NCBI GenBank assembly: GCA_965224245.1
Contig: OZ245046.1
Coordinates: 6,336,001 to 6,400,000 of the forward strand
Source of the DNA: Candidatus Eiseniibacteriota bacterium
GTDB taxonomy: Bacteria; Eisenbacteria; RBG-16-71-46; CAZAMP01
Length of the DNA stretch: 64,000 nt
Direction of reading: 5' to 3'
This document shows, one piece after another, positions 27,224 to 35,452 of this stretch. The translations under genes and the position numbers were made by a program. Within the stretch, counting starts at the first letter, position 1. Every line of letters starts with the position of its first letter. Under the pieces are notes generated by a model. It was not told the DNA's origin. It saw nothing but the letters and a program-made list of their open reading frames with translations, and made no database searches.

Positions 27224-30200
27224 TCATCTCACGACCACGAATTTCTTCACGTACTCGATCGGTCCGCTGTCGAGCCGCACGAAGTAGATTCCGTTCGCCA
27301 CGGGATCCCGATTGGCGTCACGTCCATCCCACGTGACCCGATGCGAGGCCATCTCGAAGCGACCGGTGACGACCGTTCGCACCTTTCGCCCCAGCACATC
27401 GTAGATCGCCACCTCGGTGTCGGGTACCTGACCGCCCACGATCGAGGATCCGAACTCGATCGTGAGCGCGTCCCCGCGGAAAGGCAAGGGATACACGTGG
27501 AGGCCGTACACGATCGGGGGAGATGCCTCGGTGACCGCCTCGCCGAGGAGGATCTCGCTACCCAGCCCGTTGATCGCGAACAGCCGATACGAGTCTCCGT
27601 CCTGGCCCTCGGTATCGTGGTATGACGTCTCCGTCGTGCTGGACACGAGAGTGACGTATGCGCCGCCGTCCGGCGACTTCTCCAGTCGGTATCCACCCAG
27701 ATCCTCCGGCCCCGGATCCGTGTCCCACGATACGACCAGACCGGGTCCTTCCGAAGGCGGCGTGACGGCCAGCCTCAGCAGTGACACCGACGTTTCGATG
27801 GTGAAGAGCGACCCGGGCTCGGCGATCGAGTGCCGGTACACGAAGGTGCCGTGGTCATTGGCGGCCTCGCGACGCTCGAGACGGAGCAGTGAGAATCGCG
27901 ATGGGGTGTGGGGCACGACGAGGTCGTGGCTGCCACCCGAAATGCTGGCGGCGAGCAGCGTGTACGAGTTGCCGCCGTCGACCGATAGTGAGACGTCCAC
28001 GGCGCCCACTCCGTCCCACGTCACTTCCCGGGTGGCGCCTACCGGCCATGTGTCGCCACCGGCCGGAGTGGTCAGCTCTATCGCCCCCGATGCGTACCTG
28101 AGATCCGTGTTGGTCTGGTCGTAGTAGCTGATCCGGGGATTCCCCTCGGAATCGAGGCGCAGCGACGTGTACAGGCCCACGATGCCCATCGCATCGACCG
28201 TCTCCGTCCTCCAGTCTCCATTGGTCTTGACCGCGTACGCGAGGTCGCCGTTGGCCTGGTCGTAGTAGCTGATGTGAGGATTGCCCTCGGCGTCCAGCTG
28301 TATCGACGTGTATTCCCCCACCGATCCGGCTTCGACGACGGTCTCGATCGCCCAGCTTCCGCCGGTTTTGACCGCGTACTTGAGGGCCAGGGTGGATGCG
28401 CCCCAGTAGCTCACGTGCGGGCGACCGTCACGATCGAGCGCAAGCGACGTGTGCCGACCCACGCCTCCCGCCGCATCGACGATCTCCGTGTTCCAGCTTC
28501 CCCCGACCTTGACCGCGTACTTGAGGTCCGCGTTTCCCCAGTCGTAGTAGCCGATGTGCGGGGTGCCCTGTGCGTCCAGGTCCAGCGACGTGAAGCCGCC
28601 GACGGAGCCCGTGGCATCCACGGTCTGCGTCGTCCAGCCGCCCCCGGTATCGACCGCGTACTTCAGCTGGTCGTTCGTGGCGTCGTAGTAGCTGATGTGG
28701 GGGTTGCCCTGTGCGTCCAGACCCAGCGACGTGTGCGAGCCGACATCTCCCGTGGCGTCCACGGTCACCGTCGTCCAGCCGCCTCCGGTCTTCGCTGCGT
28801 ACTTGAGATCGGCGTTGGTCGCGTCCCAGTAGCTCACGTGCGGAGACCCGTCAGCACCGAGCTCCAGTGACGTGTACAGGCCCACCGTTCCCGCCGCATC
28901 GACGGTCTCGGCTTCCCAGCTTCCACTCGCCCTCGTGACGTACTTCAGGTCGGCATTGGAGAAATCGCGGTAGGTGATGTGGGGGCTTCCCTGGGCATCG
29001 ACGGCAAGCGACGTGTAGGAACCGACGACCGCTGCCGCATCTGCCGTTGCCGTCCACCATGGCGATACGACGGACGTCTCGATGGCAAAAAAGGTCTGAC
29101 TCTCGGAGATCGACCGCCGGTAGACGAACGTATCGAAGGTGTTTGCTCGTTCGTGGCGCTCGATCCGGATGAGGCAGAGCGTCGACGGAGTGTCCGGAAC
29201 CAGAAGGTCGTGGCTGCCACCCGACACGCTCGTCGCCAGCGGTGTGAACGAGTTGCCGCCGTCGACCGAGAGCGAGATGTCCACGGCACCCACCCCGTCC
29301 CAGGTGATCGTGCGCATCGCGCCCACCGGCCACGCCTTTCCGCCTGCAGGACTGGTCAGCTCGACCGCGCCCGAGGCGTACTTCATGTCCAGGTTCGTCT
29401 GGTCGCGGTAGCCGATGTGTGGGTTACCCTGGGCATCCAGGTCGAGCGACGTGAACCAGCCGACGGTTCCCTCCGTCGCGACCGTTTCGATCCTCCAATC
29501 TCCCGACAGCTTGGCCGCATACTTGAGATCCGCGGTGTCCCAGACGTAGTAGCTGATGTGCGGCCTGCCCTCGGTGTCCAGCCTGATCGAGGAGAACTCG
29601 CCTCCGCTCTCCCCGGGACCGCTCACGGTCTCGACGCTCCAGCCGCCTTCCAGTTTGACCGCATACTTGAGATCCGCGTTCGTGGCATCGTAGTAGCTGA
29701 TGTGTGGCCGACCCTCGTCATCGATCGCAATCGACGTGTGGAAGCCCACGTCTGCCGTCGCATCCACCGTTTCCGTCGCCCAGCTGCCCCCGGACTTCAC
29801 CGCGTACTTGAGAGCGGTGTTCGTCTCGTCCCGGTAGGCGATGTGCGGGGTGCCCTCGCCGTCGACTGCGATCGACGTGAACGTGCCCACCGTCCCCGTT
29901 GCGTCCACCGTTTCCGCCGTCCAACCGAGTCCCGTCCTGACCGCGTACCGGAGGTCTCCGTTCGACCAGTCGTAGTGGCTGATGTGCGGTACGTCCCGTC
30001 CGTCGACGGCAATCGATGAGAACTCACCCATGACGCCCGTCACGTCGACCGTCTCCGTCGTCCAGCTCCCATCCGACCTGGTCGCGTACTTGAGATCGAA
30101 GTTCGTGACATCGCGGTAGCTGATGTGCGGTCTCCCCCGACTGTCGATGCCGATCGACGTATAGTTCCCGACGACGCCCGCCGAGTCCACCGTCTCCGTC

Positions 30201-31759
30201 GCCCAGTCGCTTCCGGACTTGACCCCGTACCTGAGATCCGCGTTCGTGCCGTCGTAGTAGGCGAAGTGGGGAACGCCCCGGGAGTCGAGCTCGAACGACG
30301 CGTCAAAGCCCACGTCGCCCGCCGCATCGACCGTCGCCGTCCACCACGGCGAGACCCGGTTGTAGTCGATCGAAAACGCCTCCGGAGAGACGGAGCTCGA
30401 GAACGGGGTGTCTCGCAGGATCTTCACCCGCGCATCGGTCGTCGAAACACCCGGCACTTCGACTCGTACGATGCCGCCACTGACACGCGTGAGCATCCAG
30501 CTGTAGGTGACCCCTCCATCGACGCTGACGAGCACGTCTACCGAGCCCGCTCCGTCCCAGGTGACGGTCCCCAGACCGCCACGAAGCCACGTCTCTCCAC
30601 CCACCGGCGAGGTCACATGGATCGCCGAATCCGCGAATCTGACCTCGCCGTTGAGGGACTCGTCGTAGCTGATGTGGGGGTTGCCCTGGGCGTCCAGCTC
30701 GATCGACGTCGACCGGCCGACGAAGCCGGCAGCAGCCACGGTCTCGAGCGTCCAGCTACCGTCCGTCCTCACGGCATACCTGAGATCGTCGTTGGTGATG
30801 TCGTAGTAGCTGAGGTGAGGGGTGCCCGCGTGATCGACTGCGAGAGAGGTGTACGTGCCTACCGATCCCGTCGAGTCGACCGTCTCCAGGGTCCAGGCGC
30901 CGGCCATCTTCACGGCATACCTGAGATCGCCGTTGGTGAAGTCGTAGTGACCGATGTGCGGATTCCCCTGCGCATCCAGCGCGATCGACGTGTGCTCGCC
31001 CACGTCACCCGTGGCATCGACCGTCTCCAGGGTCCAGCTGCCGCCGGTCTTCACGGCGTACTTGAGATCGCCGTTGGTGACGTCGTTGTAGCTGATGTGA
31101 GGACGTCCCCCGACATCGAGGTCCAGAGACGTCTCCCGGCCCACGTTACCCGTCGCGTCGACGGTCTCCACGGACCAGCTCCCGGTACTCTTCACCGCAT
31201 ACTTGAGATCGTCGTTGGTGTTGTCGTAGTAGCTGATGTGGGGATTCCCCTGCACGTCGATGCCGATTGATGTGTACTGCCCCACGTCACCCGTCGCGTC
31301 GACGGTCTCCACGAACCAGCTCCCGGCATTCCGCACCGCATACTTGAGATCCCCGTTGCTGACGTCGTAGTAGCTGATGTGCGGGTTCCCCCGGGCGTCG
31401 ACCTCCAGCGACGTGTATCGGCCCACGGTGCCCGCCGCATCGACGGTCTCGATCGTCCAGGCTCCCGCGCTCTTCACCGCATACTCGAGATCACCGCTAC
31501 CGGTATCGTAGTAGCTGATGTGAGGGTTCCCCTGGGCGTCGAGCCCGAGCGATCCGTACGATACCGAGCCCCCGGGGGCATCGACCGTCTCATGAACGAA
31601 TGGAGGGGTCGATCGCGCGGGCGATGTGGCTCCCATCAGCAGAAACGTCAGGCTCGAAGCAAGCACGCAACACGCGCCGCTCACAGGGGTCGATCGTCGG
31701 TGAATCGGAGGCATCGTCGGAGAAGAAACGGTCCCATCAGTCGTGCAAACGCTGGGCAT
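27224..31759 (-). CDS. Giant secreted protein: three 7-repeat beta-propellers, each followed by an Ig-like domain, plus FlgD-Ig CTD
   Basis: 21 copies of an about 47-aa repeat ETVD..G.VG.YTSL.LD.QG.PHISYYD.TN.DLKYAVK..GSW; SP.GG.TW Ig domains; CTD IYDVLGRKVR...WDGRDAN...VANGIYF; start uncertain. Confidence 0.88.
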   Translation of the reverse strand: MPSVCTTDGTVSSPTMPPIHRRSTPVSGACCVLASSLTFLLMGATSPARSTPPFVHETVDAPGGSVSYGSLGLDAQGNPHISYYDTGSGDLEYAVKSAGAWTIETVDAAGTVGRYTSLEVDARGNPHISYYDVSNGDLKYAVRNAGSWFVETVDATGDVGQYTSIGIDVQGNPHISYYDNTNDDLKYAVKSTGSWSVETVDATGNVGRETSLDLDVGGRPHISYNDVTNGDLKYAVKTGGSWTLETVDATGDVGEHTSIALDAQGNPHIGHYDFTNGDLRYAVKMAGAWTLETVDSTGSVGTYTSLAVDHAGTPHLSYYDITNDDLRYAVRTDGSWTLETVAAAGFVGRSTSIELDAQGNPHISYDESLNGEVRFADSAIHVTSPVGGETWLRGGLGTVTWDGAGSVDVLVSVDGGVTYSWMLTRVSGGIVRVEVPGVSTTDARVKILRDTPFSSSVSPEAFSIDYNRVSPWWTATVDAAGDVGFDASFELDSRGVPHFAYYDGTNADLRYGVKSGSDWATETVDSAGVVGNYTSIGIDSRGRPHISYRDVTNFDLKYATRSDGSWTTETVDVTGVMGEFSSIAVDGRDVPHISHYDWSNGDLRYAVRTGLGWTAETVDATGTVGTFTSIAVDGEGTPHIAYRDETNTALKYAVKSGGSWATETVDATADVGFHTSIAIDDEGRPHISYYDATNADLKYAVKLEGGWSVETVSGPGESGGEFSSIRLDTEGRPHISYYVWDTADLKYAAKLSGDWRIETVATEGTVGWFTSLDLDAQGNPHIGYRDQTNLDMKYASGAVELTSPAGGKAWPVGAMRTITWDGVGAVDISLSVDGGNSFTPLATSVSGGSHDLLVPDTPSTLCLIRIERHERANTFDTFVYRRSISESQTFFAIETSVVSPWWTATADAAAVVGSYTSLAVDAQGSPHITYRDFSNADLKYVTRASGSWEAETVDAAGTVGLYTSLELGADGSPHVSYWDATNADLKYAAKTGGGWTTVTVDATGDVGSHTSLGLDAQGNPHISYYDATNDQLKYAVDTGGGWTTQTVDATGSVGGFTSLDLDAQGTPHIGYYDWGNADLKYAVKVGGSWNTEIVDAAGGVGRHTSLALDRDGRPHVSYWGASTLALKYAVKTGGSWAIETVVEAGSVGEYTSIQLDAEGNPHISYYDQANGDLAYAVKTNGDWRTETVDAMGIVGLYTSLRLDSEGNPRISYYDQTNTDLRYASGAIELTTPAGGDTWPVGATREVTWDGVGAVDVSLSVDGGNSYTLLAASISGGSHDLVVPHTPSRFSLLRLERREAANDHGTFVYRHSIAEPGSLFTIETSVSLLRLAVTPPSEGPGLVVSWDTDPGPEDLGGYRLEKSPDGGAYVTLVSSTTETSYHDTEGQDGDSYRLFAINGLGSEILLGEAVTEASPPIVYGLHVYPLPFRGDALTIEFGSSIVGGQVPDTEVAIYDVLGRKVRTVVTGRFEMASHRVTWDGRDANRDPVANGIYFVRLDSGPIEYVKKFVVVR

Positions 31760-32027
31760 GTCACCGCCCCTTGTTGGAGGACATGGCAAAGCTGATGGTT
31801 CGGCGCTCGATGAGCGGGCCGGCGGGGAAGGTCGCTCGAAACGAGCGTCTGAAGTGGGGTGTCTAGGCCCCGTCTTCCTGTGATGGTACGGGTAGATGCT
31901 CGTTCTCGGCAATCAAACACTGTCGATGCCGAATGCCAGCTGCGCACCCGAGATCCGCGTACTGTCACACTGTTACGTCGTGGCCACCCGAGACGTGGAT
32001 CGATCCGAACGCTGCCACGACGCGCGT

Positions 32028-32312
32028 CTACTGCGCGGGTGGATGTGACGGGTCGTGGCAGTCTGACGTCGGTGGGTCGTCGTCATGCTCACGGCTGCTC
32101 GTCGTCACGCTGCGGAGGATGTCCGGTGCGAGGCTCGTGCTGTAGCCGACGTTGTGGATGTCCCAGCCGTCGAGCGTCGGTTCGTCGACCAGAAAGCGCG
32201 GGAACTCACCCCACGTTCCCGACTCGTCGCCGGAGAACCCATGCACGAACAGGATCGCTGTCCTGGCACCTTCGCGCTCTCGTACGTTCACGAGGTTCGT
32301 CTTGCTGCTCAT
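32028..32312 (-). pseudogene. Truncated alpha/beta-hydrolase (N-terminal fragment only)
   Basis: AILFVHGFSGD..TW..FP.FL...GWDI..VGYST, then sequence degenerates before any G-x-S-x-G nucleophile motif. Confidence 0.6.
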
Positions 32313-32329
32313 GGGAAGTCAGTGAGCGC

Positions 32330-32450
32330 ATCATCGGGATCCTTGCCGGGTGGATCAACCGGAGCAACAGGGCGCGATCGACTACCTACCCACGGAGAAC
32401 CCGCTCCTGATGGAAGATACGGCAGGAGGCGGGCTCCCTCACTGACGGAA
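32330..32450 (+). mobile_element. Frameshifted N-terminal remnant of an integrase-core (rve/IS481-like) transposase
   Basis: With frameshifts it reads IIGILAGWINR/QQGAIDYLPTENPLLME/YGRRR/LTD, matching the recalled family N-terminus LAGWINR.QQ..IEYL..ENR.L.E..G.RR..LTD. Confidence 0.5.
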
Positions 32451-32744
32451 TCGGGCCCGATCGTCGATCCTCGATGATGCCGATGCATCATGGCGCCGCC
32501 GTGCCGGCGTGCGGTCTCATTTGTGCCAGAGACATCTGCGATGCGCGACCGGTGGTACGCGTACGTCGCACGCGACGCCCGTCGTGGTCGGGGAGCGCTA
32601 CGGTCCGGGTAACGACGAGCCCGGACCGATCGGTCGCCCGAGCCGTGCGGATTCGGCGGCCTCCGTCCACGTCCGGCCGACAACCCTCTTCCGGCCTCGT
32701 CGATCGACACCGCACGCCGAGACGCGGGGCCGGGATCCGCGAGG

Positions 32745-35150
32745 ATGATCATGAGATCTCAATCCTGTCCCATCCCGCCCGCTGATCTCGCGCTTCCCTC
32801 GGTCCTCGCCTCGGTCGCCCTGGCTCTCCACCTCTCGGTCGGCGTCGGTGCCGCGGAGAAAGCGCCTGTCGAGCCGCTCCGGAGCACGACCCGAGTACCC
32901 TGCGAGATGGGTACCGTCGCCATCGACTGGGACTTCTCCGTGGGGCCCCACGACTTCTATCTGGTCGACTGCGACGACGGCGGCCTGCCGGTCTGGGAGT
33001 ACGGCCCGACCGACTACGTTCCGGACGCGCCGTCACGAGTCTGGGGTGCCGTTCTCCAGGGGGACTACCCGAGTGGCGCGGGTGAGGGGCTGGTCTCGCC
33101 GGAGTTCTTCGTCGACAGCGGGACCCAGTTGCTCGAGATCGTCCACTACGTGGATACCGAAGGTGGGTTCGATGGCGGCAACGTCATGGCCGGGGTCTGG
33201 CCGTCGGGTGTGATCATCGAGCCGATCGGTGGCTACACCACCGGCGCGATCAGCAGCAGCCCCAGCTACTACGCCTACTGCGTGGATGACGAGCCCGGCT
33301 GGAGCGGTCCTGATGCCCACTGGCGGACCGACTGCTTCGACCTCACCCCTCTGCTCGGTCAGACCATCGCCGTCGAGCTGGACTTTGGATCCGACGAGAG
33401 CGTGACCGCCCCTGGATGGTACGTCGCACGCATCCGCGTGGGTGGCCCGGCGGTGGAGCTGCGCGCCTGCTGTCTTCCGGATGGATCCTGCGATCTCCTG
33501 AGCGAGCCGGCCTGCCTGGAGATGGGGGGATCCTGGCTCCCCGAGCTGGACAGCTGTGATCCGAGCCCTTGCACTCCGACCCGCTTCCTTTCCGTCGCCG
33601 GGACCTACAACGCCGAGCCGTGGAACAGCTGGGTCGGCCCCGAGGGAACGGAGATCACGCTGAGAGCCGACATCCCACAGCACGAGAGTGAGACACCGAT
33701 CGTGCAGGTGGAGTTCTCGCTATCCACCGACGGAGGGTCGAGCTGGGACTTCGTCGGACTGGACTCGGACGGAACCGATCCGAGATTCGATTCGTTCGGG
33801 AACGCCGAGCCGATCGGAGACGGGTGGAGCGTGTCCGGCGTACCCGTGCCGATCCCGATCCCGGACCCGAACGTGTACTTCCGTGCCATCGCGTACCCGG
33901 AGGTGGGGGAGCCGCTGATTCTCGAGAGCTCGAGGAGATTCGACCCTGCTCCTCCGTCGCTCGCGCAGACGAACATCGAGGACTGGACCGTGTTCGAGGA
34001 GCCGCTGGTCGAGTTCGTGGTGGATCCGAACGGGGCCGACCTGGAGAGGATTCTCGTCCTTCTCGAGCCCAAGCCGGTCGAGTTCATCAAGGGGGTGCCC
34101 GCCATCGACCAGCATCTCCACTCGGACTATCACTGCGCACCGACGGCCACGGCCCAGTGCTTCCGTTACTTCGAGAACCAGGGGGACGCCGACATCATCG
34201 GCGGACTCAGCGACTACGAGCTGGTGGGTGCACTGGGCACACTCATGGAGACCACGCCGGTGATCGGCACCACGCTGGGACCCTGGCTCGCAGGTATCAA
34301 CTCGTGGATTCACTCGCACGGCAACGACTACACCGTTCGATATCGGTGGCACTACTCGTGGCCCAATCCGATCTGGGGGCCCAGAGACTGGAAGTTCGTC
34401 CGCGACGAGCTCGAGAAGTGCCAGGACGTCCTCATGGGTGTCTACTGGCTCACCGGCGGCGGACATGCCATGACGCTCAACTCCATCGTCGACGAGCCCC
34501 TTCCCGGCGGCCGGATCGCCATCGGGTTCTCCGATCCCTGGACGGGTGCACAGACTCCAGCGGAGATCGATCCCGTCACCGGGGAGCTCTTCGACGTCGG
34601 GGGACCGGGTGGGGCCATCGCCCAGGTGGCAACATCGATCATCATCTGTCCGAGGCAGGACGAGACGAGGTTCGGGCTGCCGGGTGAGGTTCAAGAGGAC
34701 TTCGTCCCCGATGGTGAAGGACCCTACGCGATCCCGATCAACATCCCGGACTACGGAGCGTGGTACGTCCACGTGGCGGTGGTGAATGATCTGGGCCACG
34801 AGCACCCGATCTCCACGATCATCGCGTACGAGGCCGAAATCGACGTTCCCGTTCAGCCCGGCGGGACGCCGGAGTCGTACCAGCTCCTGGCTTGCCGTCC
34901 GAACCCGTTTCGCGGCGAGACGGTCATCACATTCGGGTTGCCCGTCGCGTCGAACGTCCGGATCGAGGTCTTCGACCTGGCGGGGCGTCTGGTGCGCCGA
35001 CTCCAGGATGGACCGATCGAGCAGGGGTATCACGAGAGGAGATGGGACGGCTCGGACGACCGCGGGCTGAAGGTCTCCACGGGTGTCTACTATGTGAAGA
35101 TGTCGACTACCGGGTTCGAGCGGGTGACCAAGGTCGCCTGGATTCGTTAG
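32745..35150 (+). CDS. Secreted protein with InhA/MAM-like domain, Cys-rich linker, papain/C39-like peptidase domain and FlgD-Ig CTD
   Basis: Signal peptide; FDGGNV, GWYV; ACCLPDGSC; catalytic-triad candidates HCAPTA, GGHAMT, FSDPW; CTD RPNPFRG...FDLAGRLVR...WDG...STGVYY. Confidence 0.78.
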   Translation: MIMRSQSCPIPPADLALPSVLASVALALHLSVGVGAAEKAPVEPLRSTTRVPCEMGTVAIDWDFSVGPHDFYLVDCDDGGLPVWEYGPTDYVPDAPSRVWGAVLQGDYPSGAGEGLVSPEFFVDSGTQLLEIVHYVDTEGGFDGGNVMAGVWPSGVIIEPIGGYTTGAISSSPSYYAYCVDDEPGWSGPDAHWRTDCFDLTPLLGQTIAVELDFGSDESVTAPGWYVARIRVGGPAVELRACCLPDGSCDLLSEPACLEMGGSWLPELDSCDPSPCTPTRFLSVAGTYNAEPWNSWVGPEGTEITLRADIPQHESETPIVQVEFSLSTDGGSSWDFVGLDSDGTDPRFDSFGNAEPIGDGWSVSGVPVPIPIPDPNVYFRAIAYPEVGEPLILESSRRFDPAPPSLAQTNIEDWTVFEEPLVEFVVDPNGADLERILVLLEPKPVEFIKGVPAIDQHLHSDYHCAPTATAQCFRYFENQGDADIIGGLSDYELVGALGTLMETTPVIGTTLGPWLAGINSWIHSHGNDYTVRYRWHYSWPNPIWGPRDWKFVRDELEKCQDVLMGVYWLTGGGHAMTLNSIVDEPLPGGRIAIGFSDPWTGAQTPAEIDPVTGELFDVGGPGGAIAQVATSIIICPRQDETRFGLPGEVQEDFVPDGEGPYAIPINIPDYGAWYVHVAVVNDLGHEHPISTIIAYEAEIDVPVQPGGTPESYQLLACRPNPFRGETVITFGLPVASNVRIEVFDLAGRLVRRLQDGPIEQGYHERRWDGSDDRGLKVSTGVYYVKMSTTGFERVTKVAWIR

Positions 35151-35170
35151 ACGCCGAGCCGGCTGGAGGT

Positions 35171-35197
35171 GAGCCGGGCCACGAGCCGGCCCCGGCT
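35171..35197 (+). terminator. 10-bp hairpin after the C39-like gene
   Basis: GAGCCGGGCC-acgagcc-GGCCCGGCTC. Confidence 0.45.
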
Positions 35198-35452
35198 CGT
35201 TCCGGCATCCGGGTCAGTCGCACGGCCCCTGGTAGGGACGTGGCGGACCAGGAACTGCCCGGGCCGACTTCGGGTGGTGGGTCTCCGGCGTGGTGACCGG
35301 TCGTGCCCAGGGGCCAGAAAACGGACCCCCACCGGGCGCTGGCCATACGGGAAGTCCACGATGGTCATGTCGCCGACGGTCGGTATCCTGATCGATTGTC
35401 TCGTTCCGATCGGGGCGAGACGGCTGCACACACCCAACAGGTAGGCCGAGCC

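Noticed and set aside
27224-31759. Diversity-generating retroelement or non-coding repeat array
   Set aside because: The repeats are in-frame protein repeats; there is no reverse transcriptase and no adenine-specific TR/VR pair was seen.
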